Shown piece by piece: positions 31,503-40,650 of a stretch of DNA of 64,000 nucleotides (position 1 is the stretch's first letter; each line of letters begins with the position of its first letter). The stretch comes from Methanonatronarchaeales archaeon. Lineage in GTDB: Archaea; Halobacteriota; Methanonatronarchaeia; JAANXF01. Both the position numbers and the translations under genes were made by a program. The stretch covers positions 3,485 through 67,484 of the forward strand of contig JAANXF010000016.1 of the NCBI GenBank assembly GCA_018263395.1, given 5' to 3'. The notes below the pieces were generated by a model. The model was not told the origin of the DNA, searched no databases, and worked only from the letters and a program-made list of their open reading frames with translations.

Positions 31503-32645
31503 TTAACCGATGGATACCCAGTCACTGTAGCTCTCGTCGTGGACCTCTCCGTCCAGCAGCAGCCGGACCAGTATCCGAGCCTCTCCCTTGGACGGAGGTT
31601 CGAGGATAGCGGTGTAGGTGGCGTCCTGTCCCGGCTCCAGTCGCGCCGGGCCGCTCTCCACCCGGCTCCATACCTCGCCCTCCCCGGGAGCTTCGAGGGC
31701 GGTAAGGACCTGCAGCTTTTCGGCCGGCGCACTTCCGAGGTTCTCCATCTTCACCCTCACCTCGACCCTGCCGTCCGGAAGCTCCTCGACATCCCAGTCG
31801 TGGACCAGCACAGGCTCCGAGGTTAGTGGAATGACCTCTGCTTTCTCGCCCCGGTAGACCTCCGGCAGCTCGCCGACGCCCCAACCCTCACCGGTGGTCT
31901 CCAGGTAGTAGTACCTCTCCCCGCCGTAGCTGTAGTAGTGGCCCGGCAGCCCCTGTCCCTTTACGCCGACAGCCACGTGGCCAGGCAGGACGATGAGGAC
32001 CACTCCGTACCCCATCTCCCCCAGGATAGAGGCCATCAGTACGGAGGAATCCTCGCAGTCCCCTCCCCTCGCAACAAGTGTCTCCACCGGGTACCGGGGG
32101 TAGTCGTCGAAACCGGTGGTCACGTCGTCCGGCGTGTACTCCAGGCTCTGGACGAAAGAGATGGCGTAGTCTACGGTCTCCCTCTCCGAGAAATCGGCCT
32201 CGGCGGCCACGTCCTGGATCTCTCCGGCTATCGAGGCAATGGCCTCGTCGTCGTGGGGGTCAGTGACGTAGACGCCCCAGTCCCAGTAGTCGTGGGCCCT
32301 CGGTCTGCCGATGTAGTATTCGTGCATCCCCTCCGGCACGGAGAGGGTGTAGTCGGAGGAGCCGTCGGCGTAGCTCCAGGAGAAGTTCTTGACCAGGACG
32401 TCTCCACCGGAACCGGGACTGGAGGAGCTACCGATTCCGGTCAGGGAACCTGCTTCATCGGTTTCCCCGGCAGGAGTGCTCCGGGGCATGGAGGTTACGC
32501 CAGACGGTGGAGCAGTCGAGGGAGAATCTTCACCCGTACCCGTTCCGGTACCGCCTCCATCCCCCGACGTGCATCCCGACAGGAGCAGCAGACCGGCAAC
32601 CAGTAGAACGGCCGGGACCGTCAGAGCCAGGCGCTGGCTTACCAT
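31503..32645 (-). CDS. Transglutaminase-like (Cys protease fold) lipoprotein
   Basis: Lipobox LLLLSGC followed by a G/S/T-rich linker. The core RGGDCEDSSVLMASIL...VLPGHVAVGV fits a transglutaminase-like Cys...His arrangement. Confidence 0.55.
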   Translation of the reverse strand: MVSQRLALTVPAVLLVAGLLLLSGCTSGDGGGTGTGTGEDSPSTAPPSGVTSMPRSTPAGETDEAGSLTGIGSSSSPGSGGDVLVKNFSWSYADGSSDYTLSVPEGMHEYYIGRPRAHDYWDWGVYVTDPHDDEAIASIAGEIQDVAAEADFSERETVDYAISFVQSLEYTPDDVTTGFDDYPRYPVETLVARGGDCEDSSVLMASILGEMGYGVVLIVLPGHVAVGVKGQGLPGHYYSYGGERYYYLETTGEGWGVGELPEVYRGEKAEVIPLTSEPVLVHDWDVEELPDGRVEVRVKMENLGSAPAEKLQVLTALEAPGEGEVWSRVESGPARLEPGQDATYTAILEPPSKGEARILVRLLLDGEVHDESYSDWVSIG

Positions 32646-32930
32646 GTGGAAAGACGGAGCGGAGACCCCTTAACCCTTCCCGGTGAAGAGGAGGGGGTCG
32701 ACCCCCGGGTAGAACTGAGGAGTTCCCCGGTCGAGAAGAGCCCTCCAGGTTACCGCCCTGACCCCGGGACCCTTCACCGTGACGAGAGCGCTTTGGCCTC
32801 TCTGTCCGTAAATGACCATGGAGTAGTCGCTACGATGCGCCTGCTGTGGGCACGCAGGGATTTCTTCCCCTCACGATGAGGAGTCCAGAGCCCTCTTTAT
32901 GGGTGTTCCTCAGTCACCCTCAGCCATCGC

Positions 32931-33287
32931 CTAGACTATGTCGGTGGACGTGATGACTCCGAGGCAGGCGTTGCACTCAAAGATTTCGCCGCGGGGCATG
33001 ACGAAGAGGTGGTGAACCCCCTCCCGCGTCATCTTCTCAGCGGCCTCCATCAGGTCGGCTGTGGGGTGGATGGTTTCAGGGAACTCTGTCATCGCGTCCT
33101 CCCCGGTTTTTCCGCCCTCACCGAGGTGCCTCACTAGGTCGATCTTGGTGACCACCCCTATGGTGCCCTCCTCCGCGTCGTTTACGGCCACTCCGGAAAT
33201 CCCGTGATTGACCATCGTCCTGGCTATATCCCTTAACGGTGTCTCCTCCGGTACGGTGACCACGACCCTCGTAACGACCTCCCTCAC
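32931..33287 (-). CDS. CBS-domain pair protein
   Basis: Two CBS motifs (VVTVPEETPLRDIARTMVNHGISGVAV; HHLFVMPRGE...GVITSTDIV). 118 aa. Confidence 0.7.
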   Translation of the reverse strand: MREVVTRVVVTVPEETPLRDIARTMVNHGISGVAVNDAEEGTIGVVTKIDLVRHLGEGGKTGEDAMTEFPETIHPTADLMEAAEKMTREGVHHLFVMPRGEIFECNACLGVITSTDIV

Positions 33288-33318
33288 GGACCTCGTGGAC
33301 GGGAATGGGCCCCCGTAC

Positions 33319-33666
33319 CTATAGAAGCTTCAGGTCACCGGTCAGCACGTCGACGTCGTCGTCGGGCGCCGGGCCGATGGCGAGCGCAGAGACGGTGCCG
33401 GGCGGAAGCTGCGTGAGTCCGGCGTCCTCCACCAGGTAGCAGGGAAGGCCCATAATCTCTGCGTTTCTCCTCAGTTCGCGGAGGTGCTCCGCGTCCCTCC
33501 CCTTCACCACGATTTTTTTCTGCCCCTCCCGCTTCCAGGTATCGACGTCTTCCGGGAAATCCTGCCTCGACCTGCCGTAGCTACCCGTAGAGGCGTGGGC
33601 GACCTGGGCCGCCGTCTTGCCGACTCCCATCCCGAGTGACGCGTTAACCACGATTACCTGCTTCAT
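33319..33666 (-). CDS. pth2: Peptidyl-tRNA hydrolase, archaeal type (Pth2)
   Basis: MKQVIVVNASLGMGVGKTAAQVAHAS...KIVVKG...LAIGPAP...LTGDLKLL spans the Pth2 length. The ATG at 33666 is preferred; the track's 33705 start adds 13 aa. Confidence 0.8.
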   Translation of the reverse strand: MKQVIVVNASLGMGVGKTAAQVAHASTGSYGRSRQDFPEDVDTWKREGQKKIVVKGRDAEHLRELRRNAEIMGLPCYLVEDAGLTQLPPGTVSALAIGPAPDDDVDVLTGDLKLL

Positions 33667-34180
33667 CCAGAAAAGCCCCGACGATTTCTGCGACCTCATC
33701 CACATCGTCCCTCGAAAGGACCGGGCAATCGACCTCCACCGTCAGGCCTCTCTCCTTTTTAAGGACGGCCAGCACTCTCCCTCCCCCGAATATGTCCCCG
33801 TCGTCCTCCTCCGTGGCTATGACGATACGGGGTACCCCGGTGGACGAGTAGCCCTCAGTAAGGACCGCGTCGACGTCCGGCATCATCCGCTCGGCGATCA
33901 GTCGAAGACCCCACTCGTCACCAATGCTCCTCACTATAGCGAGCTTGTCCGGTGCAGATACTGCGGATACCGCTGCGCCCGCCTGCTTGTGTCGATAGGA
34001 ATCCTTTCCCGGCTTGTCGAACTCGAACCCGGTGTGTGCGTGGTGCTTCACCGTGCCGACGCGGTAGCCTCGCTCCACGAGCTCGGGCAGCAGCCTCTCC
34101 AGAAGCGTGGTCTTGCCCGAGCCGGAGCGCCCCACTACCGCGATTATCGGGGGCACCCTCTCAGAGTTCCAGCGGTTCAC
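33644..34180 (-). CDS. mobB: Molybdopterin-guanine dinucleotide biosynthesis protein B
   Basis: IIAVVGRSGSGKTTLLERLLPEL...GYRVGTVKHHAH is the MobB P-loop plus its characteristic KHxxH. Confidence 0.8.
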   Translation of the reverse strand: MNRWNSERVPPIIAVVGRSGSGKTTLLERLLPELVERGYRVGTVKHHAHTGFEFDKPGKDSYRHKQAGAAVSAVSAPDKLAIVRSIGDEWGLRLIAERMMPDVDAVLTEGYSSTGVPRIVIATEEDDGDIFGGGRVLAVLKKERGLTVEVDCPVLSRDDVDEVAEIVGAFLDEAGNRG

Positions 34181-34238
34181 CTCGGTTTTATTGGGGGCCG
34201 GACGTCTTCAATTGAGTGGGTTTTTCAAACCCCGGACC

Positions 34239-34847
34239 CTACGCCTGGGCTCCGCACCTCCTGGCATCGTCGTAGCGGCTCTCCACCTCGCCCCAGTCCG
34301 CTATCCGAATGAAGTTCTCGAGGTATTCCTTGCACCTGTTCTGGTACTTGAGGTAGTAGGCGTGCTCCCAGACGTCCGCGACGAGGAGGGGATGCACGCC
34401 CCACTGGGTAAGGTTCTGGTGGTTCTCCACCTGCAGGATCACGAGTTCCTCGTCCCCCGGGCGGTACGCGAGACATCCCCAGCCGCTGCCCTCGACGGCT
34501 CCTGACGCGGCTAGGAACTGTTCGATGCAGGGTTCAATCCCTCCGAAGCTGTCCTCGACGTGGTCTGCAAACTCTCCTCCAGGCTCGCCTCCATCCGGAG
34601 ACATGTTCTCCCAGTAGAGGGAGTGCAGTATGTGGCCCGAGCCGTGAAAGGCCAGCTCCCTTTCCCAGTGCTTTATCAAAGAGTAGTCGCCCACCTGTCT
34701 CGCCTCTGAGAGCTTCTCCTCAGCAGAGTTCAGCCCGTTAACGTAACCCTGGTGGTGCTCGTCGTGGTGTACCCGAAGCGTCCTCTCGTCTATGCCGGGT
34801 TCGAGGCCGTCGTATCCGTACGGCAACAGGGGTAGCTCGTGCTTCAT
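34239..34847 (-). CDS. sod: Fe/Mn superoxide dismutase
   Basis: MKHELPLLPYGYDGLEPGIDERTLRVHHDEHHQGYV...DVWEHAYYLKYQNR gives the canonical metal ligands and the N- and C-terminal domains. The ATG at 34847 is preferred; the track start adds 34 aa. Confidence 0.85.
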   Translation of the reverse strand: MKHELPLLPYGYDGLEPGIDERTLRVHHDEHHQGYVNGLNSAEEKLSEARQVGDYSLIKHWERELAFHGSGHILHSLYWENMSPDGGEPGGEFADHVEDSFGGIEPCIEQFLAASGAVEGSGWGCLAYRPGDEELVILQVENHQNLTQWGVHPLLVADVWEHAYYLKYQNRCKEYLENFIRIADWGEVESRYDDARRCGAQA

Positions 34848-34881
34848 AATCCTCACAGTACGAAGAGTCACTGAAAGGTGA

Positions 34882-35451
34882 TTAAACCTTTGGAACGACG
34901 TCCTCGAGGAAACCCCTGGCCTCTCCCCCTCCGTGAATCTCGAGCTCAAAGAGGTCGCGTGGGCCGTCGATATCGACCGCGAACCTGAACGACTCGTGCA
35001 CGGTGACTTCGAAACCCCGCTCCTCCCCCTCAGATAGGTGCCGCTCGAAGCTCAGACCCCCGTATCGAAGCGGAATCCTTTCCCTGAGAAGCAGGCCGTT
35101 GGTTCCCCCCCTCAGCCCGGGCGCAATCACCACGTCGCCCTCCTCGGCCAGCAGGGCCTCCACGTCCCGCCCCCTGACGAGGGGGACATCCGCGGGCAGA
35201 ATCAGCACGGGAAGGCCGTGCTCCAGTCTCGCCTCCAGCGCCTCGTTCAGCGGGGCGTCGTCCACGACCACCTCGGCGTCCAGTTCCGAGTCAGGCGGCG
35301 ACGGCGACACGACCTCCCTCTTCAGCCCCTCGCATGCAGCCAGTACGTCGCTCAGCATCGCCTCGGCCAGGGCCTCCCTCTCCACCCTGCTGAAGACTGT
35401 GCTGAGACCGGTCTTGGCGTCCTGCGCCCTGAAGGGTACGACGACCCTCAA
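34882..35451 (-). CDS. cofC: 2-phospho-L-lactate guanylyltransferase (F420 biosynthesis)
   Basis: MRVVVPFRAQDAKTGLS...ERE.LAEAMLSDVL matches the CofC N-terminal nucleotidyltransferase pattern. 189 aa. Divergent from cofG. Confidence 0.7.
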   Translation of the reverse strand: MRVVVPFRAQDAKTGLSTVFSRVEREALAEAMLSDVLAACEGLKREVVSPSPPDSELDAEVVVDDAPLNEALEARLEHGLPVLILPADVPLVRGRDVEALLAEEGDVVIAPGLRGGTNGLLLRERIPLRYGGLSFERHLSEGEERGFEVTVHESFRFAVDIDGPRDLFELEIHGGGEARGFLEDVVPKV

Positions 35452-35491
35452 CTCGAAAAAACCTTCTCGGCCCGGGGTGATTACTGCTTCG

Positions 35492-36490
35492 ATGGGGCCC
35501 TCACCCGGAGTTCTAGAGGAGGCGCGCAGAATCAGGGACAGGAATCACCGCTGCGTCACCTTCGCCCGGAACGTCTTCGTCCCGCTAACGAGGGTTTGCA
35601 GGAACAGGTGCAGCTACTGTGGATTCCGGAAAGACGACGTCTCCAGGATGGCGGCGAGCGGGGTGGAGCAGCTGCTGGCGGACGGCGCGGAAGCAGGATG
35701 CACCGAGGCCCTCTTCACCTTCGGAGAACGGCCCTGGGAGTTGGCCGGTGAGCGCGAGGAGTTCGTGAAGTATCTCAGGGAGGCACTCGTAGCCGCTATC
35801 GACGCCGGACTCGTGCCCCACACGAACCCGGGCGCAGTCCCTGTCGACGTCCTGCAGCGGATTGCCCAGCTGAACGGGAGCGTCGGAGCGATGCTCGAGT
35901 CCACGGCGGAGCTAGAGGTCCACGAGGAAAGCCCCGGAAAGAGACCGTCCAGCAGGGTCTCCTTCATCGACGAGGCGATGTCGATAGGGGTCCCGTTCAC
36001 AAGCGGGATACTCGTCGGAATCGGCGAGTCCTGGAGGGACAGGGAGGAGTCCCTTGAGACGCTGAAGGCCCTGCACGAGAGGCACTCCACGCTACAGGAG
36101 GTAATCGTTCAGAACCTCGTGCCGCCTCCGGGCAGCGGCCTCACCCCGCCGTCCAGGGACGAATTCCTTCGAACTGTCTCCCTGGCCCGCAAGTTGTTCC
36201 CCGCGGTATCGGTGCAGGCACCGCCGAACCTGGCGGACCCGGGGGACCTCCTCGACGCGGGCGTCGACGACTTCGGTGGAATCGGCCCCGTAACGGAGGA
36301 CCACGTCAACCCGGGGACCCGATGGCCCGAGTTCAGGGAGCTGAGGAGGGAGTGCGAGGAGCGGGGCCTGGAGCTCAGAGAGCGCCTCGCCATCCATCCA
36401 CGCTTCGTCAGAGCGAAGGCGTACCCGGACCGCGTCTCGGACGTCGTGGAGGAGCTGGCCGACTGCGAGGGTTACCGGCGGCAGCCTTAG
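35492..36490 (+). CDS. cofG: FO synthase subunit 1 (radical SAM, 7,8-didemethyl-8-hydroxy-5-deazariboflavin synthase)
   Basis: VTFARNVFVPLTRVCRNRCSYCGF is the CxxxCxxC radical-SAM cluster in CofG context. Start is the ATG at 35492 (or GTG at 35477). The track's 35003 start is an artefact antisense to cofC. Confidence 0.85.
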   Translation: MGPSPGVLEEARRIRDRNHRCVTFARNVFVPLTRVCRNRCSYCGFRKDDVSRMAASGVEQLLADGAEAGCTEALFTFGERPWELAGEREEFVKYLREALVAAIDAGLVPHTNPGAVPVDVLQRIAQLNGSVGAMLESTAELEVHEESPGKRPSSRVSFIDEAMSIGVPFTSGILVGIGESWRDREESLETLKALHERHSTLQEVIVQNLVPPPGSGLTPPSRDEFLRTVSLARKLFPAVSVQAPPNLADPGDLLDAGVDDFGGIGPVTEDHVNPGTRWPEFRELRRECEERGLELRERLAIHPRFVRAKAYPDRVSDVVEELADCEGYRRQP

Positions 36491-36507
36491 GAGGGCCCGG
36501 GAGAAAG

Positions 36508-37557
36508 ATGGGGAACGTGCTCTTCGAGAGGGCGCTTGGGGAGGCGGACGACGGGTGCCTCAGCGAGGAGGGGGCGCTGTCGCTCGCGAGTGCAGAGGGG
36601 GAGGACCGCCGACGCGTGATGGGGCTCGCGGACGAGAAGCGGAACGAGAGCGTCGGGCGCGAGGCCTCGTGGGTCTTCAACCGGAACGTGAACTTCACCG
36701 ACGTGTGCGTCAAGGACTGCTCATTCTGCTCTTTCAGGAGGAAAGAGGGGTACTTGCTCAGCCCGGCAGAGGTGGTGGGACTTGGGAGGGAGTCAAGGGA
36801 ACGTGGCGCTACCGAGGTGACGGTCCAGGGAGGTATACACCCGGGCCTCGACTTCGGTTATTACCGGGAGATTACGGAGGGGCTCTCCGCCACCGGCCTG
36901 CACGTGCACGCGTTCTCCCCCCAGGAGGTACACAGCATCTCAACCAAGGGTGCAGTCTCGACCCTGCGTGCCCTGAAATCCTCGGGCCTCGGCTCGATGC
37001 CCGGGACCGCCGCCGAGATACTCGCCGACGAGGTCAGGAGGGAGATATGTCCCTCGAAGATAGAGACGGCGAGGTGGGTGGAGATAGTGAAATCCGCCCA
37101 CGGTCTCGGGATACCGACCTCCGCCACCATGATGTACGGACACGTGGAGTCCTGGAGCCACAGGGTCCGCCACATGTCGGTCCTACAGGAGATTCAGAGG
37201 GAAACCGGCGGATTCACCGAGTTCGTACCGCTCCCCTTCGTACCGGGGAGAAGCGAACTGAGACGAAGGACGGATGGGGGGAGGGACGACCTGCTCGTCG
37301 TGGCGCTGGCGAGGCTCTTCCTGGGCGAGGAGGTCCGCAACGTACAGGCGTCGTGGGTAAAACTGGGCCGGGAGGGGGCGGTTGCGGCCCTGAGGTGCGG
37401 CGCCAACGACCTCGGAGGCACACTCATCGAGGAGAAGATTTCGAGGAGGGCTGGAGCCATGGAGGGCCAGTCCAGGTCGCCGAGTGAGCTGGAGGAGATG
37501 ATCGAGTCCGCCGGGCTGGAGCCCAGTCAGAGGGACACGCTGTACCGTGCGGTCTAG
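36508..37557 (+). CDS. cofH: FO synthase subunit 2 (radical SAM)
   Basis: FNRNVNFTDVCVKDCSFCSFRR...; a GGAGGG RBS precedes the ATG at 36508. It directly follows cofG. Confidence 0.85.
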   Translation: MGNVLFERALGEADDGCLSEEGALSLASAEGEDRRRVMGLADEKRNESVGREASWVFNRNVNFTDVCVKDCSFCSFRRKEGYLLSPAEVVGLGRESRERGATEVTVQGGIHPGLDFGYYREITEGLSATGLHVHAFSPQEVHSISTKGAVSTLRALKSSGLGSMPGTAAEILADEVRREICPSKIETARWVEIVKSAHGLGIPTSATMMYGHVESWSHRVRHMSVLQEIQRETGGFTEFVPLPFVPGRSELRRRTDGGRDDLLVVALARLFLGEEVRNVQASWVKLGREGAVAALRCGANDLGGTLIEEKISRRAGAMEGQSRSPSELEEMIESAGLEPSQRDTLYRAV

Positions 37558-38037
37558 AAGAAGCGTGTTCCGAGGTAGACCGCCGTTACCACTATAGCGA
37601 CGGTGGTCAGGAGCATGGCGGGCCCGGCAGCGCGGCTTCCCCTCCTCCCCTCGCTCTTGGCGGACACGTGAGAGTGGTAGAGGACCACTGCAACCAGCAG
37701 GACGAAGAGGGACACCTTGAGCGCTAGCGTGGCCCCGTAGCGTGGCCCCGTACTCGCTGTTAAGGTTCGGGCTCAGGCTCCCGAGCCTCATGTAGACGTT
37801 CGCCACGCCAGTCACGGCCAGAATCAGGATGCTCACCCACCCGAAGACCTGGAACTGCTCCCCCAGCTCCATGCTGAGGTCCCGGTAGTCGTCGTCCCCG
37901 AACTCGGATCTCAGGTAGGGAAACAGCACCGCGACGAGGAATATGAGCGAGCCCACCCACGCCATGGCCCCGAGCACGTGGACGGTCCTGACGACGATGT
38001 ACGGGTCCATCAGGACCAAATCCTCGCGGCGGCTCAA
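37554..38037 (-). pseudogene. Small integral membrane protein gene disrupted by a 13-bp tandem duplication (frameshift)
   Basis: TTG start at 38037 (MSRREDLVLMDPYIVVRTVHVLGAMAWVGSLIFLVAVLFPYL...). TAGCGTGGCCCCG occurs twice in tandem at 37725-37750. Deleting one copy restores a 157-aa protein with 4 TM segments ending at the TAG at 37556-37554, overlapping the cofH stop. As written, the frame instead runs 190 codons into antisense cofH. Confidence 0.5.
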
Positions 38038-38105
38038 ACGACTTTCGTACCTGCACTGTCTCCGGAGGGGACCCCGGTATTCGGAGACCGGTCACCGCCC
38101 CCGCG

Positions 38106-39356
38106 TCAGGGCCAGAGACCCCGGTCCCGGACCGCGTTCGCGACCTTCTCGACGGCTATCCGGTACGCCGCCATCCTCATGTCCTCCTCTCCGGACTCGT
38201 AGACGTCGCGAACCTCCCTGAACTTGCGGGTCATTATCTCGTCGAGTTCGCTGTTCACCCTGTCGACGTCCCACCAGTAGTTCTCGATGTTCTGCACCCA
38301 CTCGAAGTAGCTGACCGTGACCCCGCCGGCGTTCGCCAGGATGTCTGGGACCAGGGTGATCCCCCGCTCGCCGAGGATTTCGTCGGCCTCCGGTGTCGTG
38401 GGGCCGTTGGCCGCCTCGACGACGAGGTCCGCCTCGACGAGGGACGCGTTTTCCCCGGTGATCTGGTTCTCGAGGGCGGCCGGTACCAGCACGTCCACGT
38501 CCAGCTCCAGCAGCTCCTCGTTGGTCACGTCGGTGGAACCCCGGAACCCGGATACGCTACCGGTCTCCGCCTTGTGCCCCCCAACCTCGGCGACGTCGAG
38601 GCCCCCCGGCAGGTGTATCCCGCCGCTCGAATCGCTGACGGCCACGACGCGTGCCCCCCACTCGTTCAGCATCTCTGCTGCGACCGAGCCCACGTTCCCG
38701 AAGCCCTGTACCGCCACGGTGGCGTCCTCGAACTCCAGGCCGTTTGAGCGGCAGGCCTCCTTCGTAACCACCGTCACGCCCCTCCCGGTCGCCCGCTCCC
38801 GGCCGCGGGACCCACCTATTGAGAGGGGCTTCCCGGTCACCACCTCCGGGACCGTGTACCCCTCGTGCATCGAGTACGTGTCCATGACCCAGGCCATGAC
38901 CTCGGGGCCCGTGCTGACGTCCGGGGCGGGGATGTCCCTCTTAGGCCCTATGAATCGTCGAATTTCGGTCGTTAGACGCCTGGTCAACCGCTCCACCTCC
39001 TCCCGGGAGAGCTTCTTCGGGTCGCACACGACGCCGCCCTTCGCTCCTCCGAACGGGAGGTCCATAAGGGCACACTTCCACGTCATCAGCATAGCCAGCG
39101 CCTTAACCTCGTCCTCGAGTGCGTGCGGGTGGTACCTGATGCCTCCCTTGTAGGGACCCCTCGCGCCGTTGTGCTGAACCCTGTACCCGTCGAAAAGCTC
39201 CAGGTCTCCGGAGTCCCGCCTCACGGGGATTTTTACTTTGATGACGCGCTCTGGCTGGGTCAGCCTGTCCACCATCGCCTTATCCAGCCCTATTCTCGCC
39301 GCCGCCCGGTCCACGCACCTGCAGGCCCCGCCCCAGAGGCCCCCATCGTTCGCCAT
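38106..39356 (-). CDS. gdhA: Glutamate dehydrogenase (NAD(P)+)
   Basis: ...GYRVQHNGARGPYKGGIRYHP...PFGGAKGG... gives the catalytic Lys region, and the GxGNVG dinucleotide fold is present. 416 aa. Confidence 0.9.
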   Translation of the reverse strand: MANDGGLWGGACRCVDRAAARIGLDKAMVDRLTQPERVIKVKIPVRRDSGDLELFDGYRVQHNGARGPYKGGIRYHPHALEDEVKALAMLMTWKCALMDLPFGGAKGGVVCDPKKLSREEVERLTRRLTTEIRRFIGPKRDIPAPDVSTGPEVMAWVMDTYSMHEGYTVPEVVTGKPLSIGGSRGRERATGRGVTVVTKEACRSNGLEFEDATVAVQGFGNVGSVAAEMLNEWGARVVAVSDSSGGIHLPGGLDVAEVGGHKAETGSVSGFRGSTDVTNEELLELDVDVLVPAALENQITGENASLVEADLVVEAANGPTTPEADEILGERGITLVPDILANAGGVTVSYFEWVQNIENYWWDVDRVNSELDEIMTRKFREVRDVYESGEEDMRMAAYRIAVEKVANAVRDRGLWP

Positions 39357-39401
39357 ACCGGTAAGTTACGACTCACTAAATTTAAGGGTGTTGCAGGCGG
39401 C

Positions 39402-40574
39402 CTAACCCGGGAACAGGTACGCGGGAGAGGATCCCCCCCGGAGAACCACCTTCCTCTCCGCGACCTCGAAGGTGATGTGCTCGCCGTCCACGACCCAGGT
39501 ACCCCAGGAGCGGGAGCCCTCCGAGTCGAGCACCTCCTCGACGGCCTCCGCGAACTCCTCCGCGTCGCGCCCGCTGTCCCACCGCAGGACCCACTGAAAG
39601 GCGTAGTCCTCCCCGTCCGCGTACATCACGAACCTGTCGCCTCCCCAGCCGTGAGCAGCAGCCTCGGCATCTGAGTCCGGTAGGTGCGTGGAGAGGAACA
39701 CCCGGACGAAGAACTCCCCGAAACGGTCGTCCTCCACGAGCCTCCAGCCCTCCAACTCGAAACCCTCCCGAACCTCCTCGAACCCGTCCTCCCTCCGGGG
39801 GTGAAGCACCTCCTCGGTGGTCTCCGGGGGGCTTCTCAGGGCGGAGTCGACCGCTCTCCACCCACCCTCCGAGTGGAGGTGCTCCACGTAGCGGGAGCCG
39901 TGCTCGTAGACGAAGCCGGAGAGCATCTCCGTGGATCCGGGCTGCGTCGAGTCGACCGAGGCAGCGGGAACAGGCGCTTCGACGCCGCCGTAACCGGGCC
40001 CGGCCGCGTCACGCCGCGTGGCCTCTGCGTACCTCCTCCCGAGCAGCCCGGCGCTTCCCTCGACGACGGCGCCGTGGGCCCTCTGGCCGTCGTACGTCTT
40101 CCTCTCCGTTCCGGGAAAGTGTGTCTCCTGTATCAGGTGCTCCATCTCGTGGGCCAGTGTCTCGCCGGCTGTGGGGGAATCCGGGTTGAAGTGCTCCCTG
40201 ACCACGTAGACGTCGCCCTCCCACGCGAATGCGAGGAAGGAACCCACCTGTGCGTTCCTTACCCGGGCGTAGGGGTAGTCACGCGGAATCAGAAGCAGCG
40301 CCCTGTATACAAGCTCCCTGTCCCTCAGGTACTGTGCCGGCTCCTCCTCGCTGGCGCCCCACGTCTCCAGCACCCAGCTGCGGTTGACCACCCTGATCTC
40401 GGCCTCGTCCGGGACGTCGAGGCCCCGTATCGCCTCCACCTCAACCTCGACCTCCTCGAACAGCGCAGCCGTCCGCCCCTCGTAACCGTCAGGGGCAGAC
40501 GGGGCGCCGGCGTCAAGGCAGCCACCCGGGACGACCAGGACGGCCAGCAGCAGACAGAGCGCTCCGGGCCTCAT
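39402..40574 (-). CDS. Secreted/lipoprotein zinc metalloprotease-like protein (HExxH)
   Basis: Signal plus lipobox MRPGALCLLLAVLVVPGGC, and an LAHEMEHLIQ zinc-binding motif. The ATG at 40574 is preferred. Confidence 0.55.
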   Translation of the reverse strand: MRPGALCLLLAVLVVPGGCLDAGAPSAPDGYEGRTAALFEEVEVEVEAIRGLDVPDEAEIRVVNRSWVLETWGASEEEPAQYLRDRELVYRALLLIPRDYPYARVRNAQVGSFLAFAWEGDVYVVREHFNPDSPTAGETLAHEMEHLIQETHFPGTERKTYDGQRAHGAVVEGSAGLLGRRYAEATRRDAAGPGYGGVEAPVPAASVDSTQPGSTEMLSGFVYEHGSRYVEHLHSEGGWRAVDSALRSPPETTEEVLHPRREDGFEEVREGFELEGWRLVEDDRFGEFFVRVFLSTHLPDSDAEAAAHGWGGDRFVMYADGEDYAFQWVLRWDSGRDAEEFAEAVEEVLDSEGSRSWGTWVVDGEHITFEVAERKVVLRGGSSPAYLFPG

Positions 40575-40650
40575 CCCTCCTAGTGGTCCATCGACCTCCA
40601 AAGCGGTTTTGCCAAAAGAAAGAAGCACCGTAAAGTAGATTTCACTTGCT

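Noticed and set aside
35003-35491. 160-aa N-terminal extension of cofG proposed by the ORF track
   Set aside because: It is S/A/P-rich, antisense to cofC, and CofG homologues begin about 30 aa before the VTFxxNVF motif.
36555-37487. 310-aa alternative-frame ORF inside cofH
   Set aside because: R/G-rich composition, and the cofH frame carries the radical-SAM motif.
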